The notes beneath the pieces were generated by a model that worked only from the letters and a program-made list of their open reading frames with translations, had not been told where the DNA came from and ran no database searches. Of a DNA stretch of 64,000 bases, positions 17,856 to 27,546 are shown piece after piece. The stretch's first letter is position 1. Every line of letters begins with the position of its first letter. The translations under genes and the position numbers were made by a program. Origin of the DNA: Gemmatimonadota bacterium (GTDB taxonomy: Bacteria; Gemmatimonadota; Gemmatimonadetes; Palauibacterales; Palauibacteraceae); the NCBI GenBank assembly GCA_046758745.1, contig JBHIAV010000003.1, forward strand, positions 46,262 to 110,261, read 5' to 3'.

Positions 17856-18461
17856 GTGGAGAAAGCAAGCCGACGCGCGACCGAGAGGTCGCAGATCCGG
17901 GAGGCCGAGGAGAGACCGAAGAGCCTGGGGCGGAACAACTGGCTGGCGGCGGCTCTGTACGTCCTCGCCGCCGAGGGAGTCGCTGGCGTTCGCGTGGAGA
18001 AACTGGCCCGCCTGCTGGGCGTGACCAAAGGGAGCTTCTACTGGCATTTCAAGAACCGGAAGGCTCTGCTGCGAAGTCTCCTGGACTACTGGGTGGAGGA
18101 GATGACCGACAGCGTCAGCAGGTTCGTCGAGCGCATCGGAGGCGACCCTCGCAGCCGGCTGCTCGCTCTACTCGAGCACATCGAGTTCGAGGGCCGCAAC
18201 CGCTACGACCCGGCCATGCGAGCGTGGGCCGCGTTCGATGAGACGGCAGCCGCGGTCGTCAAGGAGGTGGACGAGCGCAGGCTCCGTCTCGTGACGCAGA
18301 TCTTCCGTGACATGGGATTCAGCGACACCGAGGCCGCCCTTCGAGGTCGAATGTCCTACTACTATCTGGTCGGGGAGGCGACCGTCCTCATCCAGGATTC
18401 GCCAGCGGACCACTGGGAATTCCTCCGCCTCCGCCACCGGCTACTCACCCACCCCATCTGA
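17856..18461 (+). CDS. TetR/AcrR family transcriptional regulator
   Basis: 'VRVEKLARLLGVTKGSFYWHFKNR' HTH; divergent from the cyclase gene. Confidence 0.93.
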   Translation: MEKASRRATERSQIREAEERPKSLGRNNWLAAALYVLAAEGVAGVRVEKLARLLGVTKGSFYWHFKNRKALLRSLLDYWVEEMTDSVSRFVERIGGDPRSRLLALLEHIEFEGRNRYDPAMRAWAAFDETAAAVVKEVDERRLRLVTQIFRDMGFSDTEAALRGRMSYYYLVGEATVLIQDSPADHWEFLRLRHRLLTHPI

Positions 18462-18718
18462 GCCCGCCGCCGGCCGGGGACGGCGCCGTCACCATCCGTC
18501 GCCCGGTCCCGCACCATTCCTCCCCGTATGGCGAAGCGCCACGGTCTACCCGCCTCGTGCAAGAGTCGCCCGCGCCGCTTCGTACCACTCTCCCTTCGTT
18601 CCGTCTTTTGTAAGTCCTTTTCTGAGCGGGGAGTAATCAACCCGGCGAGCCGCCCGATCCCGTTGCTCGCACTGTGAACGAGTCTTGCTGTGGGACCCGG
18701 ACAAGACGGCTGACAATA

Positions 18719-18734
18719 CGGACACGTATGTCCG
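18719..18734. promoter_or_regulatory. Palindrome upstream of the putative pilin gene
   Basis: CGGACA-CGTA-TGTCCG about 40 nt before the ATG. Confidence 0.4.
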
Positions 18735-18771
18735 ATTAGGTTCAGAGCACTGCGGCGAAGGGGGTCCGAGC

Positions 18772-19269
18772 ATGCACCGCAAAGTGTTCTCTGCGCTCGC
18801 CTGCGTCCTGCTTGCGGCGGTCGCGGAGGCTCAGGCGCAGTCCAGCGTCGGCGCCACGGCGACGATCACGATTCCGCAGGTCCTCTTCCTCAGCGTCGAC
18901 GAGACCGCCATCAGCTTCAACCAGCCGGCCGGGACGGATTTCGAGACCGGATGGATCTCGGCGAACCAGGCGAGCACGGTCACCCACAAGGGCAACGTGC
19001 AACGGGACGTGCAGCTCTCGGCGGACGTCGCCACATTCACGGCGACCAACGACCCGATCAACAACATCAAGCAGGCCGGCGACTTCGAGTGGTCGACCGA
19101 CGGGGGGAGCACCTTCTTCGGGATCACGACGGCGGGCACGGAGATCGTGACGGCCGCTCCGAAGGGTGCTTCCAACGTGACGGTGAACTATCGGACGCTG
19201 CTCGATTACACGTCTGACGCGCCTGACACGTATACGCTGAACTTCACCTACACGGTCATCCCCAACTGA
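18772..19269 (+). CDS. Secreted beta-rich protein, putative major fimbrial subunit
   Basis: Signal peptide ending AQA; Thr/Ala-rich; N-terminal alternating strand 'VGATATITIPQVL'; C-terminal 'PDTYTLNFTYTV'. Confidence 0.65.
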   Translation: MHRKVFSALACVLLAAVAEAQAQSSVGATATITIPQVLFLSVDETAISFNQPAGTDFETGWISANQASTVTHKGNVQRDVQLSADVATFTATNDPINNIKQAGDFEWSTDGGSTFFGITTAGTEIVTAAPKGASNVTVNYRTLLDYTSDAPDTYTLNFTYTVIPN

Positions 19270-19279
19270 GCGGCCGACC

Positions 19280-20134
19280 GTGAGCGTCGCGAGTCGAGGG
19301 CGCGGCGGGCGCGGGATGCCGAGGCGACGACCGGGTCCCGACCGGTCGAGCCCCGCACACCGCCGGGGGCGTCGCGTCCGCCTCGCGTCAATCCTCTCCG
19401 CTGCGGTCGCCGCGGCCGCACTCCCGCGGGCCGTGGCCGCCCAGTACTCGGTGTATCCGGTCATCGTGCAGCTCGCGGGGGCAGACACGGCCGAGAGCGG
19501 GGTGCTGGTCGTCCGGAACGAGGGAGATGCGGCTCTGCGGATCCGTCTGTACGCGATGGACTTCGAGCAGGCGGCGGATGGATCGCACGAGTATTCCGAG
19601 CTCGGCACGCATCCGAGGTCCTGTAGGGATCGGCTGGGTGTCTTCCCCGACATGCTGAGCGTTGACCCGGGCATGGAGGGCCGGGTCTACCTGCGCATGG
19701 AGCCCGCGATCTCGGGGGACATCTGCTGGTCCGTCGTCTTCGCGGAGACCCCTGCGCCGACGCGATCCGGCCTCCGGATAACGCAGCGCATCGGGACGAA
19801 GGTATACGGACTCGCGCCGGGGACGGAGCCGTCGGGTGAGCTCGCCAGCGCCGCGGTGCAGGGCGGCGGCTCGGGGCGCTCCGTGACCTTCGAGTTCCGC
19901 AACACGGGGGATCGCCCCCTGCGCCCGGAGGGGAGGGTCGAGATCCGTTCCCTCGAGGGAGCGGTCGCCGCGAGCCAGGAGATCGAGTCGTTCAGCGTGC
20001 TTCCCGGGCATAGCAGGCGGGTCGAGGTCGAGATCCCCGGCGGGCTCGCCCCCGGCCGCTACCTGGCGATCCCGATCCTCGACTTCGGCGGGGACTACCT
20101 GGCCGGCGCTCAGGTGGCGTTCCGGGTTCGTTGA
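19280..20134 (+). CDS. Putative periplasmic pilus chaperone (PapD/CsuC-like)
   Basis: 'YSVYPVIVQL', 'LVVRNEGD', 'RITQRIGTKVY', second Ig domain 'FRNTGDRPLR..FSVLPG'; start uncertain. Confidence 0.65.
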   Translation: MSVASRGRGGRGMPRRRPGPDRSSPAHRRGRRVRLASILSAAVAAAALPRAVAAQYSVYPVIVQLAGADTAESGVLVVRNEGDAALRIRLYAMDFEQAADGSHEYSELGTHPRSCRDRLGVFPDMLSVDPGMEGRVYLRMEPAISGDICWSVVFAETPAPTRSGLRITQRIGTKVYGLAPGTEPSGELASAAVQGGGSGRSVTFEFRNTGDRPLRPEGRVEIRSLEGAVAASQEIESFSVLPGHSRRVEVEIPGGLAPGRYLAIPILDFGGDYLAGAQVAFRVR

Positions 20135-20137
20135 GCC

Positions 20138-20641
20138 ATGGCCGCCGCGCGGCAGGTGTGCTCGGTCCGACGGCGTCTCGGACGCCCGCTCCTCGCCCTA
20201 GTCTCGCTCCTTTCCTTCCCAGCGTGGGCCCACGCTCAGGGCTGCACGGCCGGGCGAGCGGGCACCTTTCGCCTCCGCGTACAGCCCGCAGTGATCGCGT
20301 TCGACCCGCCGGGCCCGGCGGACTTCGAAGCCGGCCGCATCGACGCGCAGAGGGAGATCCGCATCGACGTGAGGCCGGAGTTCGGGGGAGGATCGAACTG
20401 GACGCTGTGCATTCGTTCCGACAGCCCGGATGCCGGCGGGTACGGTAAGCCGACGTCCGACTTCGAATGGCAGCTGGCGGGCGACGTGATGTGGACGCCG
20501 CTCGAGACCGCGAACCGGCTCGTCTACGCGGGGCGCAATCGCCGGCGGGTCATCCTTCTCTTCCGCACGGTCCTCGACTGGGGCCGGGACGAGCCGGGCG
20601 ACTACGGCCTGCCGCTCACCCTCACCGCGTACCGGCAGTGA
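20138..20641 (+). CDS. Secreted protein, putative minor or tip fimbrial subunit, paralogous to 18772-19269
   Basis: Shares 'F..P...DFE.G.I', 'DFEW', 'RT.LD...D.P..Y.L..T.T' with the major subunit; has a Cys pair. Confidence 0.6.
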   Translation: MAAARQVCSVRRRLGRPLLALVSLLSFPAWAHAQGCTAGRAGTFRLRVQPAVIAFDPPGPADFEAGRIDAQREIRIDVRPEFGGGSNWTLCIRSDSPDAGGYGKPTSDFEWQLAGDVMWTPLETANRLVYAGRNRRRVILLFRTVLDWGRDEPGDYGLPLTLTAYRQ

Positions 20642-20645
20642 CACG

Positions 20646-23366
20646 ATGGTGCGTCGGAGCGAGCTCGCGTTCGCGGTCGTCTGGTTCGGCCTGGCTCGAG
20701 TGCCGGCTTCGGCGCGGGCGCAGGAGAGCACAGCGGTGCTGCCGGCGATCGACGAGGGCTCGGTCGCCACGGTGCCGGTGGTCCTCCCCGAGGCCCTGCT
20801 CGAGGACGGGGGAGCCGACGCGACCGACCACGTGATCCGCTTCTCGGTGGAACCGGCGGGGGGAGTGCGCCTCCTCGGTGCCCCGGCGGGCGCGTTCACC
20901 TGGAGGGACGGCGACCCTCCCTTCTTCCCGCTCACCTTCATGGTCCCCCGGCGCTTTCCCGCCGGTCCGTTCCTCGCCGCGCGGGTCCTCTTCCGGGGCG
21001 GGACCGGACGGGAAGCGAGGATCGAGGTGCGTGCCCGCACGAGGCGTCGTCGGGATGTCCGGCTCGAGCTGCGGCCGATCGATGCGTCCCTCCATCCGGG
21101 CGGGACCGCCCGGCTCCGCTACGTCCTCACGAACCGCGGCAACGCGGAGGACACGGTGCGGCTGGCAGCGACGGGCCCGGCGCTCGATGCATTCGATCTT
21201 CCCGACACGGTGATCGTACCGCCCGGCCACCCGGCGGCGGGGGAGTTCCGAGTACGTGCCCGGCGGCGCGCGGCACCGGGAAGCACCGCCCTCGTCCGCC
21301 TCGAGGCGACGGACCGTGAGCCCCGCGTCATGGCGACCGCCAACCTGACGGTGGTGCGTGACCCGGGATGGCTTCCCCATCTGGTCCACCTCCCGGCCAC
21401 GGTGTTCCTGGGAGGCTCCGTGGTCCCGGGATACGGAAGCGGAGGGGGTGGCGCCGTCCTGAATGTGCAGAGCGCGGGTCGCATCGGAAGTCGGTCGTCG
21501 CTCCGCTTCTCCTACCGAAAGACGCCTGAGGACGGCGGCTCGCCGATCTTCGCCGGCGCCGCCTTCGGACCCCGCTTACAGGTCGGGATGGAGCACGGCG
21601 CGCTCGGCCTCACGGCAGGCGATGTAGTGGCTTCGACCGGTCACGTCTTCGGACGGCAGCATCCGGGAAGCGGCATAGAGGCGAGGTGGCGTGGAGAGCG
21701 GCTGTCCGTGGTCGCCGTCGCCGCCCGCCCGAGGGGACCGCGGGGAGGACTCTCCGGAACGCTCGGATCGGCCGTGGTGGACTACGGGACTCCATTCGGA
21801 AACGTCGGCTTCGAGTTCGACTACCAGGAGCGGCCCGGCGGGCCCGACGGCCGCGGCACTCGGGTAGGGGGTGGCGTGATCCGGTACACGTGGGAAGGAG
21901 CCGGCGCGCACCGCGTCGCTGCCGAAGCCGGACCCATGTGGGTGGCCGATGCCGACGGGGCGACGGCGGGGCTCGCCGCGGATCTCCGTTACGCGTACGC
22001 GGGGCTGCGGGCCGGCCTGGATGTCCGCGGCCGAACCCTCCCGGCGACGGCCGCCGGCGCTCGGCTTCCCCCCCGGGAGCTGCGCGCGGCGGGATGGACG
22101 GGGCTGTGGCGGGGCTTGAGCGCTGTCGGAAGCGCCTTCGCCGAGAGGGATCCTCCGACTCCCGGTGCGAGGACGACCCCGGCCGCGACCGAGGGCCTGG
22201 AAGCGGGCTTCCGACTGACCACGGGCGAGAGCCATCTCGACCTCACCGGGATCCTACGCCGATCGGAGAGCTTCCCCGAACTCGGTGCTCTCCCCTCTAC
22301 GCGGCGTACGCTGCGCGGCGGCTTCGGCATGCTCCTCGGTCCGTTTCGGATCGACGGAAGTATGGAGCTCGGCGCCTCCCGCCGCGGGGAGCGACGCGGA
22401 CCGGCCCGAACGTACCGGGGAGGCATCGCTTGGCTCGGCGAGCGCGGGCGTGTGCGGCTGGGCGGAAGCTTCGCCGAGGATATCGAGACGCCGCGCTCGG
22501 GGCAGGCGGAGCTTAGCGGCGCCTGGCGGATCGTCGGGCCGCTCGAGTTCCGGGTAGGCGCAGCTGCGGTCCTCGACGGAGGCGACCTGTGGCCGGATCT
22601 CACCGCGTGGGGCGCGGCCCGTCTCGACCTCGGCCGACGTACGACGCTCTACCTCGGCGCCGAGTCGAGGGCGCCGCTCGCCACAGCCGAGGCGAGGGGC
22701 TCGCGCTGGCGCTTCTCGCTCGGCGTCCGCCGCCAGCTGCCCGTGCCGCTACCGCTTCGCCGCCGCCCGGCCGCAGAAGGGATCGTCTTCGAAGACCGGA
22801 ACGGGAACGGCCGGCGCGAGCCCGGAGAGCCGCCCGTATCGGGGGCGCTGATCCGCCTGGGCGGAGAGCATGAGAAGACTGGGGCGGACGGCCGATTCGT
22901 CTTCGCGCCGAATGACGGCTCCTCCAGCCTGTGGGTCGATCCGGCGTCACTGCCTCCGGGTCGGCTCCCCGCCCGGAGCTTCTTCCCTCCCTCCGGTCTG
23001 GTGGAGATCCCGGTGATCCGGACCGCATCTCTCACGCTGCGTCTCTTCCTCGATGGGAACGGGAACGGTCGACGGGACGAAGGCGAAGGGCCGGCGCCGG
23101 AGGTCACCGTCCACATCGGGGACGAGGCGGCGGGGAGCTGGGTCGTTCGCTCCGCGGCGGACGGCGACGTTCGGCTCTCCGCCATCCGGCCCGGCCACTA
23201 CATCGTGCGGGTCGGGGGCGAATCGCTTCCCCCCCGGGCCACACCTCCGGAGGAGCTCGGCTTGCAGGTGGTGGGCGGCGAGAGCCTCGTCGTGGAAGTC
23301 CCCATCCGAACCGCGCCGCGCGCCGTTCGTTTCTCCGAGGGCTCGTCTCTCGAGGCTTGGGACTGA
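20646..23366 (+). CDS. Large outer-membrane protein, putative divergent usher, with N-terminal Ig domains and C-terminal SdrD-B/CnaB-like domains
   Basis: Signal peptide; 'LTNRGNAEDTV' Ig motif; long central amphipathic beta region; 'GIVFEDRNGNGRREPGEPPVSG' and 'FLDGNGNGRRDEGE'. Confidence 0.6.
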   Translation: MVRRSELAFAVVWFGLARVPASARAQESTAVLPAIDEGSVATVPVVLPEALLEDGGADATDHVIRFSVEPAGGVRLLGAPAGAFTWRDGDPPFFPLTFMVPRRFPAGPFLAARVLFRGGTGREARIEVRARTRRRRDVRLELRPIDASLHPGGTARLRYVLTNRGNAEDTVRLAATGPALDAFDLPDTVIVPPGHPAAGEFRVRARRRAAPGSTALVRLEATDREPRVMATANLTVVRDPGWLPHLVHLPATVFLGGSVVPGYGSGGGGAVLNVQSAGRIGSRSSLRFSYRKTPEDGGSPIFAGAAFGPRLQVGMEHGALGLTAGDVVASTGHVFGRQHPGSGIEARWRGERLSVVAVAARPRGPRGGLSGTLGSAVVDYGTPFGNVGFEFDYQERPGGPDGRGTRVGGGVIRYTWEGAGAHRVAAEAGPMWVADADGATAGLAADLRYAYAGLRAGLDVRGRTLPATAAGARLPPRELRAAGWTGLWRGLSAVGSAFAERDPPTPGARTTPAATEGLEAGFRLTTGESHLDLTGILRRSESFPELGALPSTRRTLRGGFGMLLGPFRIDGSMELGASRRGERRGPARTYRGGIAWLGERGRVRLGGSFAEDIETPRSGQAELSGAWRIVGPLEFRVGAAAVLDGGDLWPDLTAWGAARLDLGRRTTLYLGAESRAPLATAEARGSRWRFSLGVRRQLPVPLPLRRRPAAEGIVFEDRNGNGRREPGEPPVSGALIRLGGEHEKTGADGRFVFAPNDGSSSLWVDPASLPPGRLPARSFFPPSGLVEIPVIRTASLTLRLFLDGNGNGRRDEGEGPAPEVTVHIGDEAAGSWVVRSAADGDVRLSAIRPGHYIVRVGGESLPPRATPPEELGLQVVGGESLVVEVPIRTAPRAVRFSEGSSLEAWD

Positions 23367-23418
23367 GGACCGCCCCGTGTCCCTCGCGGCTCGGGACTGA
23401 GGACCGCCCCGTCCCTCG
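23359..23418. repeat. Two-copy direct repeat at the end of the usher-like gene
   Basis: GGGACTGAGGACCGCCCCGT(GT)CCCTCG at 23359 and 23393. Confidence 0.75.
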
Positions 23419-23666
23419 AGGCATAGCCGGGTTCCGGCCCTTCCGCGCGCCCGCCTCCGACATGACTCCTCCGTGGCCGGGGTAGAACGGATCGGCCAGC
23501 GGGTGGTATTCTACCCGATCGGCCCGACCAGCGCCGCGGACGCGTGCGCCGGGTTTGGTCTCCACGCGGGGTGTCGCTCGAGCTCCGGCCGCAGCCGACG
23601 CCATGACCGCGGCCGGCGGAGGCGGATGACCGGGAGCACGCCGGCGCACGTGACGAGGAGCCACAC

Positions 23667-24065
23667 ATGTCGAAGAAGATCGTGAAGTCGGACGCCGAGT
23701 GGCGCGAGCAGCTCGGGCCCGAACAGTACCGGATCACCCGCCAGAAGGGGACGGAGCGGCCGTTCACGGGCGAGTACCATGACTGCAAGGACCGGGGCGT
23801 CTACCGGTGCGTGTGCTGCGGGAACGAGCTCTTCAGCTCCGAGACGAAGTTCGACTCGGGCACCGGCTGGCCCAGCTTCTACGCGCCGGTCGCTGCCGAG
23901 AAGATCGTCACGGCGGAAGACGACAGCTTCTTCATGCGGCGCACAGAGGTCCTGTGCGGCCGGTGCGACGCCCACCTCGGCCATCTGTTCGAGGACGGGC
24001 CGCACCCCACCGGCCTCCGGTATTGCATCAACTCCGCCGCTCTCGAGCTCGGCCAGGAGGAGTGA
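23667..24065 (+). CDS. msrB: Peptide-methionine (R)-S-oxide reductase
   Basis: '[10 protein letters not shown]', '[11 protein letters not shown]', '[10 protein letters not shown]', 'RYCINS'; two Zn-binding CxxC. Confidence 0.98.
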   Translation: MSKKIVKSDAEWREQLGPEQYRITRQKGTERPFTGEYHDCKDRGVYRCVCCGNELFSSETKFDSGTGWPSFYAPVAAEKIVTAEDDSFFMRRTEVLCGRCDAHLGHLFEDGPHPTGLRYCINSAALELGQEE

Positions 24066-26959
24066 TGCGGAACGCCAGTTCCCGCCCTCCGATCGCCCGG
24101 GTCGGCGCGGCTCGCGCCCTCATCGCCGGTCTCGGGCGCTCGCTGAGCGCCACCGCCGGAGCCGTTCTCCTCTCCTTGGTCGCGTGCGGGGCGGCGGCGG
24201 CTCAGGAAGCGGCCGTGGCCGATCCCGTCGCGGCGCTCGACTCCCTGCTCCCGGTCGACCCCGACATCCTCACGGGCGTACTCGACAACGGAGTTCGCTA
24301 CTACGTCCGCCGCAACGTGCGTCCGGAGGCGCGCGCCGAGCTTCGGCTGGTGGTGAACGCGGGATCCGTGCTGGAGGACGAGGACCAGCTGGGGCTCGCC
24401 CACTTCGTCGAGCACATGGCGTTCAACGGCACCGAGCGGTACCCGCGCCAGGCGCTGGTGAAATACCTGGAATCGATCGGCATGCGCTTCGGAGCGGACC
24501 TAAACGCGTTCACGAGCTTCGACGAGACGGTGTACATGCTCACCGTCCCGACCGACAGCGCCGGCCTCCTGGAGCGAGCGATCGACATCCTGACCGAGTG
24601 GGCGGGTCGGCAGGCGTTCGATGCGGAGGAGATCGACCGGGAGCGCGGGGTGGTGATCGAGGAGTGGCGGCTCGGCCGCGGAGCCTTCGCCCGCATGCTC
24701 GACGAGCAGCTCCCCATCATCCTCAAGGATTCGCGCTACGCCGAACGGCTCCCGATCGGGAAGAAGGAGGTGCTGGAGGGCTTCGACCACGCCACACTGC
24801 GGCGCTACTACGCCGACTGGTATCGGCCGGAGCTGATGGCGGTGGTGGCGGTGGGCGATTTCGATCCGGAACGGGTGGAGGCGGTCATCCGGGAGAGCTT
24901 CGCGGCACTGGAGCCGCGGCCCGACCCGCGAGCGCGCGAGCTGTTCGAGGTACCGGATCACGCGGAGCCCCTCTTCGCCATCGCCACCGACCCGGAGGCC
25001 CCCACCACGAGCGTGTCGGTCTATTACAAGCAGCCGATGCGAATCATGCGGACGGTCGGCGACTACCGGAGAAGCCTCGTCGAGGATCTGTTCAACGGGA
25101 TGCTGAACCGACGTCTCGAGGAGATCGTCCGCCGGCAGGACCCGCCCTTTCTCACAGCGTCGTCCGGCCAGGGACGCCTGGTCCGCTCGAAGGAGGTGTA
25201 CGCTCTCGGCGCGGCGGTCGAGGAGGGTGGGGTCGCCCGCGGGCTGGCCGCCCTCCTCGCGGAGGCGGAGCGAGTGGACCGGCACGGCTTCACGGCCTCG
25301 GAGTTCGAGCGGGCCAAGCGGAACCTCATCCGCTCCTGGGAGCGCGCCTACGCGGAACGGGAGAAGATGAACTCCACTGTCTTCGCCTCGGAGTTCGTCC
25401 GGGCCTACCTGGAGGAGGAGCCCGTGCCGGGGATCGCGTACGAGTTCCAGCTGGTGAAGCGGCTCATACCCGGCATCGTTCTGGATGAGGTGAACCGCCT
25501 CGCCCGCGAGTGGATCACGAGAGAGAATCGGGTCGTCGTGGTGAGCGCCCCCGAGAAGGCGGAGAGCCCGGTCCCCTCCGAAGCGGAGCTCGCGGACATG
25601 TTCGACTCGGTGGCAGACGCCGCGATCGAGCCGTACGTGGACGAGGTGACCGATCTCCCTCTGGTGGCGGCCGCCCCGCCGCCCGCCAGGATCGCCGAGG
25701 AGCGAAGCATCGAGGAGATCGGAGTCACCGAGTGGCGGCTCTCCAACGGCGTGCGGATCTTCCTGAAGCCCACCGACTTCAAGGACGATCAGATCCTCTT
25801 CCGGGCGTACAGCCCTGGGGGGAGCTCGCTCGCCCCCGACGAGGAGTACGTGCCGGCCTCCACCGCGGCCACCGTGATCGCCCAGGGCGGCGTTGGTGAG
25901 TTCGATCGGGTGGCGCTCGAGAAGAAGCTGACGGGCAAAGCGGTCCAGGTCAGGCCGATCATCGGTGAGCTACGGGAGGGCCTCTCCGGAAGCGCCTCTC
26001 CGCAGGACATCGAGAGCCTTTTCCAGCTGGTATACCTCTACTTCACCGCTCCGCGCGCCGACACGGCGGCCTTCACCTCCTTCCGCCAGAGGGTCCGCGC
26101 CTTTGTCGAGAATCGGGGGGCGAGCCCGGAGGCGGTCTTCCAGGACACCGTCACGGTGACGCTGGCCCAGCATCATCTGCGTGCGAGGCCGCTGACCCCG
26201 GAGCTGGTCGATGAGATGGATCTCGGGGAGTCGTTCAACTTCTACCTCGACCGCTTCGCGGACGCCTCCGACTTCACCTTCGTGTTCGCCGGCAGCTTCG
26301 ACCCCGACTCGCTCCGGCCGCTCGTGCGAACGTACCTCGGCGGCCTCCCCTCCGCGGCGCGAGAAGAGAGATGGCGCGACGTCGGGATCGACCCGCCGGT
26401 CGGCGTGGTGAAGAAGACCGTGCGCAAGGGGCTCGAACCCAAGAGCCAGACGGTCATCGTCTTCACGGGCCCGTTTGAGTTCTCGCGAGAGAGCGCGTTC
26501 GCGCTTGGGGCGATGGCCGAAGCGCTCGACATCGTGCTCCGCGAGACGCTCCGCGAGCAGCTCGGGGGAACGTACGGCGTGCAAGTCGGGGCCTCGGCTA
26601 CGGGTGAGCCGAAGCCCCGATACTCCCTCCGGATCGCCTACGGTGCCGATCCGCAGCGTCTTGCCGCGCTCGCCGAGGTGGCGTTCGAGCAGATCGCTCG
26701 CATGGCGGAGCGCGGTCCGCCGGAAGACGTGCTGGGACGCGTGAAGGAGCAGCTGCGACGGGGGCGGGAGACGGCGGAGCGGACGAACGGGTTCTGGGTC
26801 TCACAGATCGGGAATTACGACCGGAACGGGTGGGATCTCGGCTCGATCACGGCGTACGGGGATCTCGTCGACGCTCTCACCGTCGAGAGAGTGGCCGAGA
26901 TGGCTCGCCTCCTGCGACCCGACAACTACGTGCAGGTTTCTCTATACCCGGAGGAATGA
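24065..26959 (+). CDS. M16 family zinc protease (PqqL-like), exported
   Basis: 'GLAHFVEHMAFNGT' (HxxEH), 'NAFTSFDETVY'; two-lobe repeat; TGATG overlap with msrB. Confidence 0.95.
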   Translation: MRNASSRPPIARVGAARALIAGLGRSLSATAGAVLLSLVACGAAAAQEAAVADPVAALDSLLPVDPDILTGVLDNGVRYYVRRNVRPEARAELRLVVNAGSVLEDEDQLGLAHFVEHMAFNGTERYPRQALVKYLESIGMRFGADLNAFTSFDETVYMLTVPTDSAGLLERAIDILTEWAGRQAFDAEEIDRERGVVIEEWRLGRGAFARMLDEQLPIILKDSRYAERLPIGKKEVLEGFDHATLRRYYADWYRPELMAVVAVGDFDPERVEAVIRESFAALEPRPDPRARELFEVPDHAEPLFAIATDPEAPTTSVSVYYKQPMRIMRTVGDYRRSLVEDLFNGMLNRRLEEIVRRQDPPFLTASSGQGRLVRSKEVYALGAAVEEGGVARGLAALLAEAERVDRHGFTASEFERAKRNLIRSWERAYAEREKMNSTVFASEFVRAYLEEEPVPGIAYEFQLVKRLIPGIVLDEVNRLAREWITRENRVVVVSAPEKAESPVPSEAELADMFDSVADAAIEPYVDEVTDLPLVAAAPPPARIAEERSIEEIGVTEWRLSNGVRIFLKPTDFKDDQILFRAYSPGGSSLAPDEEYVPASTAATVIAQGGVGEFDRVALEKKLTGKAVQVRPIIGELREGLSGSASPQDIESLFQLVYLYFTAPRADTAAFTSFRQRVRAFVENRGASPEAVFQDTVTVTLAQHHLRARPLTPELVDEMDLGESFNFYLDRFADASDFTFVFAGSFDPDSLRPLVRTYLGGLPSAAREERWRDVGIDPPVGVVKKTVRKGLEPKSQTVIVFTGPFEFSRESAFALGAMAEALDIVLRETLREQLGGTYGVQVGASATGEPKPRYSLRIAYGADPQRLAALAEVAFEQIARMAERGPPEDVLGRVKEQLRRGRETAERTNGFWVSQIGNYDRNGWDLGSITAYGDLVDALTVERVAEMARLLRPDNYVQVSLYPEE

Positions 26960-27327
26960 TGTCTCCCGACATCTACAAGTTCGTCCACATCCTCGGCATC
27001 CTTCTCGCCTTCACGGCGCTCGGCGCGGTGAGCCTCCACGCCCTCAACGGTGGGAGCAGGGAGTCGAACCGATCCAGGAAGCTGGTAGCCTTCACCTTCG
27101 GGACGGGCATGCTCCTGCTCCTGGTCGGCGGTTTCGGGCAGCTGGCAAAGCTCGGCATGGGCGGCGGGCTGCCGGGGTGGGCGTGGGGAAAGCTCGCCAT
27201 CTGGCTCGCCCTCGGCGCCCTCCTCATCCTTCCCTACCACCGCCCGGATCTCGCGAGACTCACCTGGTTCGGGGCTCCCGCGCTCGGGGCTCTGGCCGCG
27301 TACCTCGCCCTAGACAAGCCGTTCTGA
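26956..27327 (+). CDS. Small 4-TM membrane protein (SirB2/HemJ-like)
   Basis: 'YKFVHILGI', 'GWAWGKLAIW', C-terminal KPF. Confidence 0.7.
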   Translation: MMSPDIYKFVHILGILLAFTALGAVSLHALNGGSRESNRSRKLVAFTFGTGMLLLLVGGFGQLAKLGMGGGLPGWAWGKLAIWLALGALLILPYHRPDLARLTWFGAPALGALAAYLALDKPF

Positions 27328-27381
27328 GGGAGCCGTGATCACGCGGCGGTCCACCAGCCTCCACGCGCCGGCGGGGCGGCC

Positions 27382-27546
27382 GTGACCCCGAAGCGGCTCA
27401 CGGGAATCTTCCTGTATCCGTTGAAGTCCGCAGCCGGCATCGCGGTGGACGCGTGGCCGGTGGACGAGTTCGGCCTGCGGGGAGATCGCCGGAGCGGGAA
27501 GGAGGCCGCCTCGCAACCGAGCCGACGCCGGAACCGGGAAGCATGA
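27382..27546 (+). pseudogene. Truncated MOSC N-terminal domain (YcbX/mARC-like) remnant
   Basis: My translation: MTPKRLTGIFLYPLKSAAGIAVDAWPVDEFGLRGDRR, then unrelated residues and a stop after 54 aa. Confidence 0.75.

Noticed and set aside
18674-18689. Sigma54-like motif upstream of the putative pilin (GTGAACGAGTCTTGCT)
   Set aside because: Lacks the invariant GG at -24
23359-23418. Possible mini-CRISPR
   Set aside because: Only two copies separated by about 6 nt
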